A program made the position numbers and the translations under genes. Positions 35,365 to 45,740 of a stretch of 54,413 nt of DNA are shown one piece after another. The DNA is from a virus (Duplodnaviria > Caudoviricetes). How positions within the stretch are numbered: the first letter of the stretch is position 1; each line of letters opens with the position of its first letter. The notes under the pieces were generated by a model, which saw only the letters and a program-made list of their open reading frames with translations, ran no database searches and had not been told where the DNA came from. The stretch is taken from IMG/VR virus record IMGVR_UViG_3300030090_000446, positions 1 to 54,413 of that record; one strand, written 5' to 3'.

Positions 35365-35815
35365 ATCTTTTGGTGAACCCTGCACCGAAATACAAGCCAG
35401 TGATTGCAGCGACTAAGTTTGTATCTAATGGGGTAATTACAAAGCCTTGAAATGATTTCCACATCATAGCCTTATCTGGGCCAAACATCCAATTCATAAA
35501 CCCACCTTGTAGCTCTGCATAACCTACAGTAACCATCCAAGGATGTTCTGGATATATTAGTGGTACTATCTTAGGTAGCACAATAATAGCGAATACAGCA
35601 GACAATGCTATAATTCTTCTAGTCCATGCAAAGTGTATATCTTTTGTACCGTGTTCTCTTGCAGAAGCAACGATCTTGCTTTCTTCTGTTAGGGCAGCTA
35701 TATACATTTTGTTAGCTTCTTGCTTAGACTTAATGTTTTGCCCCCATATACTCATAACACCACCTAGTACGGTTGATGCTAAAAGCGTAAATATTTCCAT
35801 TGGGAATCCACCCAT
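35363..35815 (-). CDS. Holin-like membrane protein
   Basis: Several hydrophobic helices; WTRRIIAL and GLYFG; last gene of the late arm. Confidence 0.5.
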   Translation of the reverse strand: MGGFPMEIFTLLASTVLGGVMSIWGQNIKSKQEANKMYIAALTEESKIVASAREHGTKDIHFAWTRRIIALSAVFAIIVLPKIVPLIYPEHPWMVTVGYAELQGGFMNWMFGPDKAMMWKSFQGFVITPLDTNLVAAITGLYFGAGFTKR

Positions 35816-35816
35816 T

Positions 35817-36152
35817 TTAATTCTCCTTAACTTCGTTTGGTTCTTCTATTATTTTTTCTATCTTTAGAAATTTAATTCTTTCATTAGGAACAAATCTCCA
35901 TACATGGCCTCTACCATTTTTTATAGAAAATACGCTCTCGTATATACCCACCTTAACTAATATTGCTCTGTCTCCATCAACAATACATCTATCTCCTTCA
36001 TTAAAACTAGCATCAAACTTAAATTTAATGCCAGTGATAAAGTTTGTAATTAAATCTTTAATAAAGAATCCAAGTCCTAGACTAAGAAATATAGCCATAA
36101 GAGGTACAAGAGCATTAGTAAGATCCAAAGATATGCTATTTAACGAATCCAT
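35817..36152 (-). CDS. Small membrane protein resembling the MscS TM3/beta domain
   Basis: LGFFIKDLITNFITGI...FNEGD...VGI...VPN matches the MscS pattern. Confidence 0.6.
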   Translation of the reverse strand: MDSLNSISLDLTNALVPLMAIFLSLGLGFFIKDLITNFITGIKFKFDASFNEGDRCIVDGDRAILVKVGIYESVFSIKNGRGHVWRFVPNERIKFLKIEKIIEEPNEVKEN

Positions 36153-39100
36153 TTAAAATCCTAATGCATTCATTTGTGATACGTAACCACCCTTGGCTCT
36201 ATTTATATATTCACCCATTTTATATCTAGGATCATCAATTATAGTTTGAAACTTCTTTAATTTATCTGATTGATCTCTAGCTTCAGCTACATTTCTATTA
36301 TCTGCTGTATCTTCTCCTAAGTATTTAAGAGGAGGTAATACACCCTTTCTTTCAGCTTCTTTATACGATCTACTTATTTCTGCTTTACTATTTCTAGTTC
36401 TAAATTTATGCAATTCATCTAATAATTTGTATTCATTTTTTATCTCAGCAGCTACTCTTTCTTTTAAATTATTATAAATAGGTCCAAAAGTTCTATATGC
36501 TCTCTGTGCTTCAGGAGACATATCACCTTTGTCACCATTGTATAAATTATCTATTATTTGAAGTTGAATTTTAAATGGTAATGCTTTATACTTTCTAGAT
36601 TCAACTATAGGCTTTACATATTTCTCAGATTCTTTACCTAACTTTATTTTAAATAATCTAGTGTATTCAGGTATTGAAGATCTTCTAGCTAATTTCCATG
36701 AAGGTATACCTAATCTTTCTAATTCTTCTCCTACTGAATCTCTAGGAGCTACAGCTGCTATACCTGATAGTTGTTTTGCAAATGGTGCAGACTGTATTCT
36801 TTGTTCCTTACCTGTAACAGATATAGTAGGATCTTCACTTCCTCCAAGCATCCCTTGAGCAGAAGTTCCTCTAAACATCTGTTTAGCAAATTCATTAAAT
36901 ACTCCACGAATAACTTCTCCAGATAATGTATCAGACTCTTCTGAAATAACATTTTGAAAATCTCTGTCGTATGTTTGTCGTGATTCTCTTGATCCAAAAG
37001 TTTTAACTAAATCGTCAAAAGCTTTTAATGGACTTAAATAACCTTTAGCAATATATCCTGCAAATGCTCCTACTTCTTCTCCTATTTTTCTATAAGAATT
37101 GGGATCATCATCATTACTTAAAGTATCTAAAGTTTTTCTAAGACCACCAACAAATTTAGATATTGGACCTGCTCTATCTGTTTGAAATCCTGTTAATGCT
37201 TCTATGCCTTCTCCAACAAAAGTTTTATCTATGGGTTCATCATTTACTACTTTTCTTATAAATTCTCCTATAAAAAGATAGGGAGTTAAAGGAAATAACG
37301 GGCCAACATTAATACTATTATTTCCTACTTTAATTTCATCATATCTAGCACCACCAAAATTTTCACGTATTGCCCACGCAGCAGATATAAAAGTTATGCC
37401 TTCTACAGTTTCTACTATACCTTTTCTCAAGTCTTCTACATTTTTTAATCTTTTGCCTGCTGCTGCGTCTAATTCATCTAATTCATTTGTTAATTTTTTT
37501 AATTGTGTATTAATAAAATTTTTATCGCCTGCACGTTCTTGAATTTGTTTTACTTTTGTAGAGCTAAATTTTTTAATTTTATCTATTTTCTGTTGGATTT
37601 GTTTACTTCTATTTGCTGCTTTTTTTATTGCTACGTCATCAAATTTAGCTATTCTACGAGCGTTAACAGCTGCTTTTGCAGCACCAAAACCTAAACCTCT
37701 ATTTAAATTATATACAATACCATTAAATATAAAGTTAGGAAAAGGTATACCTAATTTTATAGCTGCTGTAGTGTTTGCCCACCTTTGCAGATTGTTTATC
37801 ATTTTACCACCGATGATTAAATCATCACCTGCATTTCTAGTTTGATATGTTAATTTATAAGCAAACTCCAAAGATTTAGATACCATCGTATCATTCAATA
37901 AATTCATTTTATCTTGTCTTATTACATCTTCAATACCTTTAATATCAGGATCTGTAATCTCCCCTCTACGTATTGCAACTTTTATTTGATTATCTAATTC
38001 TGTCATAAAGCCTGCTGATTTTATAGCTCTATCTTGCATTCTATTTAGAACATTAGCTTTTTGAGAAACATAGTTTATAGTTTTTAATACATTACCAGCA
38101 CCAGTTTTTTGATCTAGTGTACTAGCAAAGTAATCATCAAACAGTTTAAATAACTGTCGGTCTGCTTCAGGAAAACTTTTAGATACCATTTGAGCTAATT
38201 GCACTGATTCATATGGACTAAGAATGTTTTTTGCAAGTAATGCTACATTTTTATTTGGAACATATGCTGGAACATCTATACCTAAAGCATCTGCTTCTGT
38301 TTTTATCATAAATCTATCTACAAAACTTGATAAAGATTCACCTGGTACTCTTAAAGCAGAACCAAAGATATTACGGAAGGTAGTAGCAGGTTGCGTAACC
38401 AGAAAAGATCTCCACAAATCTACAGATACGCCAAACTTTCGAGCCATCTGTTTTTCTAACTCTCTTTCTTTTGCTAATGCTTTTAGCATTTGCTTTTGAG
38501 ATTCAGTTTGATTGGCTTGCATACTACTTAATTTTTTATTAATCTCAGATGTAGGATTTAATAGTTTTGAAATATCTGACTGAGTAGACAATTTACCTGC
38601 TGATACTGCTATGTCAGCTTTTAATATATCTATAACTTCATCTATAGATCTTCCACTAGATGCTAATGCTTTATTTACACTATCAGATAATAGTTCTTTA
38701 TTTTTTTGTCCTATCTCTAGTAGTGTAGCTACTTTTTCAGTAACTCTTTTAGTAGGATCATCTAAAGTAACTTCTATTCGTTTTGCTAATTTAGAGTCAG
38801 GCATAGTTTGTTGTATAGATTGCCCTGCATCAAAGACAAACCTTGTTAAGTCTTCATATGCATCTTGTGATAAAGTATTGGTAAATATTTTTTCTATCTC
38901 TGCTTCAGATGTTCTAGCATTTCTTAGTAACTGTTTACCATTTTCAATACCTGCTTTATCAAAAAACAATCCATACTCTTCTACAAACTGTTTAAGATAG
39001 GTATCTTTATTTTTTAAAGATGTAGCTTTAACTTCATTTAAAGGTACTACAATTTGTACCCTACCATCAAAAGTGCCTGTATCAGGATTTTTTGTTTTAG

Positions 39101-40028
39101 AATACTTTGTAGGAATAAATTCTATAGTAGCTTGACCATCTTCAACATCCATTATTCTACCATACGTACCATAGTTCTCAGCATTTTCGGTTAATAGTGT
39201 AGTACCTTTTGTTGGTGACTCTACATATGTACCTATAACATCTGTATCTATATAATTCTCATTTGTATCTGGATTTATTTTTTCTAAAAACGATTGTACA
39301 TCTTTAGACTGAGCAACTTTATTTTGAGTACTTTTAGCAACTCGACTTGCTTCTGCTTCTTGTGCTATGTCATCTATTCTTCTTGTAGCACTCTGACCTA
39401 ACTTAGCACCTGCATAACCTAGTGTTCCACCAGATAATCCACCAACAATTCCTTGAAATGCAACATTTCCATAATTGATATCATCTTGATAACCTAGTGC
39501 ATCTTCACCTTTTATATCCTCTAATAGAAGACCTTGTGTAACACCTATACCACCTTCAGTTAATGCACCTGCTTTTATACCTTGTCTTACAGGATCTGAT
39601 GCAACTTTCTTTTTAAAAGATTCAGATATTAATTTTTTAATACCTGCTCTACCTACAGTAGATGCAACCACCTTACCTACACCTAAACCAAAAATATTCA
39701 AAGGATCTAGTATACCTTTTACACCATATTCTGTAAAAGTTTGAAGTCCTGTTTGTCTTCCAGCAAAATTTTCTAAATCTTCATCTACAGTTTTATATAG
39801 TTTACCTAGTTTTTTTCTCTCTTCTTCATCTCTAATATTTTCAACATCATTAGAAAATTTAAGTGCAAGTGCAGTATTAGCTTGAACACCACGATAATCC
39901 CCTAAGAAATTTTCTAGTGCATCTTCTCTTGTAGCTGGTGTTTTACCTTGTCTTCTAGAATAGTCAAAAAGAGTATCTACGTACTCTTGATTTTCTAATA
40001 ACTCTTCAGTTGTCAGTTTATCAGCCAT
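36153..40028 (-). CDS. Large internal virion (DNA ejection) protein
   Basis: 1291 aa, helical, DPLN motif plus a Gly/Ala hydrophobic stretch; T7 gp16-like position. Confidence 0.65.
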   Translation of the reverse strand: MADKLTTEELLENQEYVDTLFDYSRRQGKTPATREDALENFLGDYRGVQANTALALKFSNDVENIRDEEERKKLGKLYKTVDEDLENFAGRQTGLQTFTEYGVKGILDPLNIFGLGVGKVVASTVGRAGIKKLISESFKKKVASDPVRQGIKAGALTEGGIGVTQGLLLEDIKGEDALGYQDDINYGNVAFQGIVGGLSGGTLGYAGAKLGQSATRRIDDIAQEAEASRVAKSTQNKVAQSKDVQSFLEKINPDTNENYIDTDVIGTYVESPTKGTTLLTENAENYGTYGRIMDVEDGQATIEFIPTKYSKTKNPDTGTFDGRVQIVVPLNEVKATSLKNKDTYLKQFVEEYGLFFDKAGIENGKQLLRNARTSEAEIEKIFTNTLSQDAYEDLTRFVFDAGQSIQQTMPDSKLAKRIEVTLDDPTKRVTEKVATLLEIGQKNKELLSDSVNKALASSGRSIDEVIDILKADIAVSAGKLSTQSDISKLLNPTSEINKKLSSMQANQTESQKQMLKALAKERELEKQMARKFGVSVDLWRSFLVTQPATTFRNIFGSALRVPGESLSSFVDRFMIKTEADALGIDVPAYVPNKNVALLAKNILSPYESVQLAQMVSKSFPEADRQLFKLFDDYFASTLDQKTGAGNVLKTINYVSQKANVLNRMQDRAIKSAGFMTELDNQIKVAIRRGEITDPDIKGIEDVIRQDKMNLLNDTMVSKSLEFAYKLTYQTRNAGDDLIIGGKMINNLQRWANTTAAIKLGIPFPNFIFNGIVYNLNRGLGFGAAKAAVNARRIAKFDDVAIKKAANRSKQIQQKIDKIKKFSSTKVKQIQERAGDKNFINTQLKKLTNELDELDAAAGKRLKNVEDLRKGIVETVEGITFISAAWAIRENFGGARYDEIKVGNNSINVGPLFPLTPYLFIGEFIRKVVNDEPIDKTFVGEGIEALTGFQTDRAGPISKFVGGLRKTLDTLSNDDDPNSYRKIGEEVGAFAGYIAKGYLSPLKAFDDLVKTFGSRESRQTYDRDFQNVISEESDTLSGEVIRGVFNEFAKQMFRGTSAQGMLGGSEDPTISVTGKEQRIQSAPFAKQLSGIAAVAPRDSVGEELERLGIPSWKLARRSSIPEYTRLFKIKLGKESEKYVKPIVESRKYKALPFKIQLQIIDNLYNGDKGDMSPEAQRAYRTFGPIYNNLKERVAAEIKNEYKLLDELHKFRTRNSKAEISRSYKEAERKGVLPPLKYLGEDTADNRNVAEARDQSDKLKKFQTIIDDPRYKMGEYINRAKGGYVSQMNALGF

Positions 40029-40037
40029 TATACACCT

Positions 40038-41564
40038 TTATTTTCTTTGTTTGCTATATCTTTTTTGAAATTCATCTTCTAAATCTAAAGCTTTTTTTAA
40101 TTCTTCACCTTTAAGACCTGATTCTTTTATAGTTTTTATAGCTTCATTTTCACCTTTATTTACCCCACCTTCTAATCCTAAACCTCCAGGTTTAGTTGTT
40201 CCTATAACTTTCCAATCGCTTACCTCATCAAATGCATATATAAATTCTATTACTTCCCCTGTTTCTGGTTTTGCTATAATAAAAGTATTATCGTCAGATC
40301 CTTTTTTAGCTTCACCCGATTTAATTAATTCTCTAATTTCTTCTTTAGTTCCTAGTTTGTCTTCTAAAGTTTCAGTCTTAGTTAAAATTTGTTTTACTTC
40401 TCCTTTATTGTCTTTTAAATTTTTTATATACTCAACTTTAGCTGGAGAATCTAATTTACTGAGATCACTTTTAATATTATTCATAACATCCTTAAATGTT
40501 TTTTCAGGGTCTTTAGAAAACTCAGGTAATTTTTCAGCTTGATTTATTGCAAAAGTAATTATATCTTTTGCATCTTTATATAGCTCACCTGAATCTTCAG
40601 CACTATATTGTGCATCAGACATGAAAGGCATCAATGTCATAATATCTTGTGCTGTTTTTATTCCTTTTTTATTTTCACCTGCAAATCCAGTTACACTATC
40701 TCCTCTTGCATTATAAACAGGTTTTACATTTTCTTCAGCTGCTGCTTTTATATTAGCATCTCTAAGAAGTCTTGTTCTTTCTGTATCAGTTGCAAATCCT
40801 ACCATTTTAATTCGTTGACTAGTAGGTATTTGAGATTCTTCTGCTTCAGGAGGTAAAGTTCCAGTCATTCCTGCTATTTGTTTTTTAGCATCTGTTTCAG
40901 GATCTATTCCTTCAGCAATTCTTTCAAAGATATTACCACGCCGTTTACTTTCTTTTAGTGATAGCTCTCTCATTTGTTTATCAGTTGCATCAACTTTATA
41001 ATCAGGTAAATCAGCAAAACCTGAAAATGGCATCTTACCTGACTTCATAGACGTAAATAGTTCATTTCTAATAGAACTTCTAATTCTATCATCACTATGT
41101 CCTAAAAGTCTTTGTTCTTCATATATTTTTCCTATATACCTTGCTAACTTTGGATCGTTTTTATCTATCTTTATACCACCAGCTACTAATTTATCTATAT
41201 CACTTTCTATTCCACTATCAGACAATACGCTAAAACCAAACTGTATTTGTTTTCTTTTTGTTTCTTTTAAGTTGTTTAATTTATTTAATCTTCTTTGTCT
41301 TTCTTTTTCGTTAGCTGCTTTTGTTTCTTTCAACAATAGGTTTTGTTTTTCTGCATCAGCGTCATATCTATCTTGTATTGCTTCTAATGCACCCAATGTT
41401 TGAGCATCATTACCAGATGTAACAGCTAAAGACAAACCTATCTTTGCAAGTTCTGCAAATACTTTTTTAGCACCTTTAGGTATTTCAAACTCTGAAGTTT
41501 CAGTTGTTTCTTCTTCTTCCTTTTCAGGTGGAGTCATCATTCCTTTTTGTTCTGTTATAGCCAT
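40038..41564 (-). CDS. Putative internal virion protein
   Basis: Charged helical 508 aa in the ejection cluster. Confidence 0.55.
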   Translation of the reverse strand: MAITEQKGMMTPPEKEEEETTETSEFEIPKGAKKVFAELAKIGLSLAVTSGNDAQTLGALEAIQDRYDADAEKQNLLLKETKAANEKERQRRLNKLNNLKETKRKQIQFGFSVLSDSGIESDIDKLVAGGIKIDKNDPKLARYIGKIYEEQRLLGHSDDRIRSSIRNELFTSMKSGKMPFSGFADLPDYKVDATDKQMRELSLKESKRRGNIFERIAEGIDPETDAKKQIAGMTGTLPPEAEESQIPTSQRIKMVGFATDTERTRLLRDANIKAAAEENVKPVYNARGDSVTGFAGENKKGIKTAQDIMTLMPFMSDAQYSAEDSGELYKDAKDIITFAINQAEKLPEFSKDPEKTFKDVMNNIKSDLSKLDSPAKVEYIKNLKDNKGEVKQILTKTETLEDKLGTKEEIRELIKSGEAKKGSDDNTFIIAKPETGEVIEFIYAFDEVSDWKVIGTTKPGGLGLEGGVNKGENEAIKTIKESGLKGEELKKALDLEDEFQKRYSKQRK

Positions 41565-42184
41565 TATTCTCTCCTACCCATTAATCCTGTATCAGGAACT
41601 TCTATTTCTTCTTTAGGTTTTTCTTCAACCTCATCAGTCTTTTCATTAAGTTCCTCTGCTTCTGTATCTTTTGATTCACCTTTAAACTCTTCATATTCCT
41701 CTAATAAATCCATAGCTTCATCTAATGTAGGATCAGTTTTTCTTTCAGCTAAAGGAATATACTTAACGCCTGCTTCATCTAACATATCCATCATTTCAGA
41801 AAATACAGGACCATATATTAACTGCATTACATCATGTGAATACTTTCCTAATGCCCATCCAGCAAACACAATAGACCTCGCAGTTAACTCTAGAGGTATG
41901 TCTAATTTAGAAGCTATAACAATACGTTCAAATGCGTCTGCTGTAGATATAGATGTTAATACATAGTTAAGAGCTTCATCAGGAACTACAAACTGTGGTG
42001 GTCTTTCATTAGGTTCAGTGCCTAATTCTTCTGTTAAAGACGCACCAGGAATAGGACCGTCAAACATCTGAGACATTTCTTGATCCATATTTGTTTCATC
42101 TTCAGTAGAATCTGCTTCACCACCCAAAGGATTAACTTCCTCTTCAAAAGTATTTGTGTTTTCTTCTTCCATTTCCATAGACAT
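41564..42184 (-). CDS. Conserved virion-associated protein
   Basis: FDGPIPGASLT...ERPPQF and C-terminal GLMGRR; likely start at 42184 (GAGGA RBS). Confidence 0.65.
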   Translation of the reverse strand: MSMEMEEENTNTFEEEVNPLGGEADSTEDETNMDQEMSQMFDGPIPGASLTEELGTEPNERPPQFVVPDEALNYVLTSISTADAFERIVIASKLDIPLELTARSIVFAGWALGKYSHDVMQLIYGPVFSEMMDMLDEAGVKYIPLAERKTDPTLDEAMDLLEEYEEFKGESKDTEAEELNEKTDEVEEKPKEEIEVPDTGLMGRRE

Positions 42185-42185
42185 C

Positions 42186-42464
42186 TTATAGTCCTCTCGC
42201 TGATAATCTTCTTTGGATGCCACTCTTTTGTCCAAACAAACTTTGTATTGCTATTTGCTTTTGTATATTCAAAGATGCAGATGCAACAGTAGGAGATGAT
42301 CTACTAGCTTGCATTTTTGATATGCTTCTAACTGTTCTTAAAGAAGGTGTTCTCATTGTAGGAATTTTTGATTTAGTACCACCACCCAATTTGTTTTTAA
42401 CAACGGATGTAGCTACACTTCCCAAAACACTTTTAGCTAGTGGGGCAACAAAAGCAAATGCCAT
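42186..42464 (-). CDS. Small basic protein of the ejection cluster
   Basis: AGGAG RBS; amphipathic N-terminus. Confidence 0.55.
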   Translation of the reverse strand: MAFAFVAPLAKSVLGSVATSVVKNKLGGGTKSKIPTMRTPSLRTVRSISKMQASRSSPTVASASLNIQKQIAIQSLFGQKSGIQRRLSARGL

Positions 42465-42478
42465 TATAATTTCTCCTA

Positions 42479-44236
42479 TTAACTAATTACTGCGTCTACT
42501 ACAGTACCTAATATTTTTGTTTTTAAAGAACCTTTTTGAATATCTTTAGCTAGTTTTAAATTATTATCAAAAGAAAAAGAAGCTAATGCTAGTTGATCTT
42601 TAAACGATCTTTCATTTGTAGACGTAACCCTAGCAAAATTAATTTGATCTCTTTGTTCTTGTAACATATTGTTACGTGCTGTTTGACTTATATTAAATAA
42701 GTTACGCACGTTAAACTCATTCTCTGCATTTTGTATTGCAGTGTTTGCAGTATTTATATTACGTCTGTATACTGCATTTGCCTGATCAATTAATATAGAG
42801 TTTTTCTGATTGAATTGTTCTCTAGTATTCTGCAAAGTAGAGTTAAACTGTTCTATTGCATTTTCTTGACCAGCATTAAATCTTTCCATAGCATTTGTCT
42901 GAGCAGCTTTAAATTGTGCCGTGTTATTAGACAATGATGCAAAGAATTGATCATTCTGTTGTTCATTGGCTGCATTAAATTGTTTTGCTGTATTTACAGC
43001 AGCCTGATCTCTAAACAATGACTGCACCCTGTTAGATGTATTTGTTACTCTAGCTTGTTGTTCATTATTAAGATTAGCTAGGTCTAACTGCATAGTCATC
43101 TGAGCATTAAGTACTTCTGCTTGTTGTCTATTGTTTAGATTTAATTCTTGCATACTACGATATGTTTGTGCGTCAGCAGCAGCTATAGGTGTAGAAGCTT
43201 CCATAGCAGCCTGTACGATAGCAGCTCCAGCCATACTAGATGCACCCATACCTCTAGCAGCCAATCTTTGTTCAGCTAATCTAATAGCACCAGCAGCAAA
43301 TGCTGGAACCTTACCACCTTCAAACTGAGCCATTAAATTTTCTAATTGACCTTGTACAGTAGCTTCTTTCTCTACTGTTCCTGTTTGTGCTGTAACAACA
43401 TCTGTTAGTCCTTGTTGTTTTGCTGCAACCATTGCTTCATTTTTAACAGCATCAAAACTTTTATCAGCAGTAAAACTTTTTGCATCTGTTTTAGGTTGTG
43501 CTTGTATATCTGCTACTGTACCTGTTTGTGCAGTTATTTGCCCTTGAGTTGGACTAATTGTATATTTTGTTGCATCTAAAAACTCATTAGCTTGTGGTGT
43601 TAATGTTTGTAAATCTAAAGTTGTTCCAGTAGGTGCTACAGGTGCGGTTGCTAATTGTGATTCTCTTCCTATAGCAGTTAAATTACCATAAGGATCTACT
43701 GTATTAACATTAGTTCCTACTGCTCCTTGAAATGCTTCTAATGCAGGACCACCTGTAAGCGTACTAAACTCACCTTTAAATCCTGTAAGTCTACCTGCTT
43801 TTCTAGTATTAAGTGCATTTATTGTATTTTGTAAGGTTGCTAAATCTTGCCCACGTATCTCTTCAATAGAAGGCAATCCACCTCCTGCAAACTCTGCTTT
43901 AATTTGACCAGTTGTAGGATCTATAAATTCTGCATCTAAAGATTTTAATATATTACCTTTTTGCACTTCTTCTGTTGGAGGTTGATACGGAGCATTAGGA
44001 TCAGGTGGAATGTCAGTAAATACTCTAATACCTGTATTAGGATCAATAGTTGCTCTTTGCCCTTCAGGTGCAGGCGCAAAACCAGCATAATTTTCAGGAA
44101 TACCACCTTGAAATGATCCTGAAAATTCATCAAATCTATTGGTAGGAATAGTAGTAAACTCTCCATCTGTACCTAATGATGGATCAAAATACTCAAGTAT
44201 TCCTGTATTTGGATTTATTCTAGTTTGCACTGCCAT
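42479..44236 (-). CDS. Putative internal virion protein
   Basis: ATVQGQL...ARGMGASSMAGAAIVQAAMEA..PIA..DA followed by a long Asn/Gln coiled coil. Confidence 0.7.
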   Translation of the reverse strand: MAVQTRINPNTGILEYFDPSLGTDGEFTTIPTNRFDEFSGSFQGGIPENYAGFAPAPEGQRATIDPNTGIRVFTDIPPDPNAPYQPPTEEVQKGNILKSLDAEFIDPTTGQIKAEFAGGGLPSIEEIRGQDLATLQNTINALNTRKAGRLTGFKGEFSTLTGGPALEAFQGAVGTNVNTVDPYGNLTAIGRESQLATAPVAPTGTTLDLQTLTPQANEFLDATKYTISPTQGQITAQTGTVADIQAQPKTDAKSFTADKSFDAVKNEAMVAAKQQGLTDVVTAQTGTVEKEATVQGQLENLMAQFEGGKVPAFAAGAIRLAEQRLAARGMGASSMAGAAIVQAAMEASTPIAAADAQTYRSMQELNLNNRQQAEVLNAQMTMQLDLANLNNEQQARVTNTSNRVQSLFRDQAAVNTAKQFNAANEQQNDQFFASLSNNTAQFKAAQTNAMERFNAGQENAIEQFNSTLQNTREQFNQKNSILIDQANAVYRRNINTANTAIQNAENEFNVRNLFNISQTARNNMLQEQRDQINFARVTSTNERSFKDQLALASFSFDNNLKLAKDIQKGSLKTKILGTVVDAVIS

Positions 44237-44248
44237 TATAAACTCCTA

Positions 44249-45496
44249 TTAAACTGGCCTGTTATTCATCAGAGATGCATTTCTGGTAAGTAGTTGTTGA
44301 ATTAAAGCATCTCTTGGGTCAGCTGCCATTGGACCCATTGGACCTACTTGTTGATTACTAGGAGTAGCCCTTGGTGCAGATTGAGCAAACTGAGCTGCTT
44401 GTTGCTGTACTGCTGGTTGTTGTTGCTGTTGTCTTTGTTGTGCTATTGCTTCAGCTGCACGATTAGCTTGTTGACCTACGCCTTGAACTTGCGCTGTTAA
44501 AGCTGCTTGACCTGCTCTTTGTGTACCTTGAATATCACCACGTTGAGTTGTAGCACCACGTTGATATTGTTCAGCAGCAGTACGAAATGCTCCTAATTGA
44601 CTACCTAAACCAGATAAATCTCCTGATAGTTGATCTCCAATTCCTGATAAATCTCTACCTAATCCAGATATATCCTGAGTTAGTCCTGTTTGACCAGACA
44701 TTAATCCAGCCTGACCTGCATACAATCCAGTAGGTTGTTGTGTAACAGTACCGTCTTCACCAGTTACAGCAGCAGTACCTATCTGTTCACCTAATCCTGC
44801 CTGTCCTTCTTGCAATGCAACTTGATTTTCAGATAGTGTAGTTTGGCCTCCTGCCAATCCTGCTTGACCTGCAAATAGATCTGTTTGTCCTTCACCAGCA
44901 GTTCCAATACCTGACATGATACCTCTTTGACCTGCAAATAAATCTGTTTGTCCTTCACCTGCTTGACCAATACCTGATTGTATATCTGCTGTCTGACCCA
45001 TTAAAGTATCAGCTTGACCAGTTCCAGCAGTTCCTATACTTGTACCAATACCTCTTACTTGTCCTGCTAAAGGATCTACTACATCTCTTATACCTTGTTG
45101 ACCTGTAGCTAATCCTTGTGTTTGACCCATTAAAGTATCAGCTTGTCCTGTTCCTGGTGTTCCTATAGCACTAGTAACTGGGGTAAGATCTACAGGATCA
45201 GGTGCAGTAAAGGAAAATGTTTGATTACCGCTAGGTGGTGCATTAGTAAAAGTCTGACTTGAAACAGTACCATCAGGATTTGCTATACTAGTAGTAACAG
45301 TTCCATCTAAATTTTCTAAATTAGGTACACCTTTTCTGTTTTCATTTTTACCAAACGTATTGAAATGGTCTGCTACGTTAGCGAAATCACCCCTAGATAT
45401 CGCTAATAAAACATCACGATTTTCTGGTTGGCTTAAAAATTGTGTTTGTTCTTCATCAGAAAACACATAGTCACCATTAGGTAATTGTACTGCCAT
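44249..45496 (-). CDS. Gly/Gln/Thr-rich repetitive virion protein
   Basis: IGT.G.GQ.D.L.GQ repeats and a Gln-rich C-terminus. Confidence 0.6.
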   Translation of the reverse strand: MAVQLPNGDYVFSDEEQTQFLSQPENRDVLLAISRGDFANVADHFNTFGKNENRKGVPNLENLDGTVTTSIANPDGTVSSQTFTNAPPSGNQTFSFTAPDPVDLTPVTSAIGTPGTGQADTLMGQTQGLATGQQGIRDVVDPLAGQVRGIGTSIGTAGTGQADTLMGQTADIQSGIGQAGEGQTDLFAGQRGIMSGIGTAGEGQTDLFAGQAGLAGGQTTLSENQVALQEGQAGLGEQIGTAAVTGEDGTVTQQPTGLYAGQAGLMSGQTGLTQDISGLGRDLSGIGDQLSGDLSGLGSQLGAFRTAAEQYQRGATTQRGDIQGTQRAGQAALTAQVQGVGQQANRAAEAIAQQRQQQQQPAVQQQAAQFAQSAPRATPSNQQVGPMGPMAADPRDALIQQLLTRNASLMNNRPV

Positions 45497-45497
45497 T

Positions 45498-45734
45498 TTA
45501 TTTTCCTCTCTCTAATACCTTATCTAGCTTATCCTCTAACCTATGTAGAGCTTCTGTAACCATACGCATATCTTCTCTTAACTCCTGTTTAGTAGAGTAG
45601 TCCTCTCTAGTTCTGTTCAAAAGTATATCTATACGTTTAACCTCTGCCATGAGATTCCTGAACATCCAAATGGCTGGGCCAATCACCAGCGTTAATACTA
45701 CATTCCAAAAAATTACTGGCGATATCTCGTCCAT
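45498..45734 (-). CDS. Small TM plus coiled-coil protein
   Basis: FWNVVLTLV...ILLNRTREDY...RLEDKLD. Confidence 0.65.
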   Translation of the reverse strand: MDEISPVIFWNVVLTLVIGPAIWMFRNLMAEVKRIDILLNRTREDYSTKQELREDMRMVTEALHRLEDKLDKVLERGK

Positions 45735-45740
45735 TAGTCA

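Noticed and set aside
36661-41966. Short plus-strand ORFs within the internal virion genes
   Set aside because: Antisense to long, well-supported genes; no RBS or recognisable motifs.
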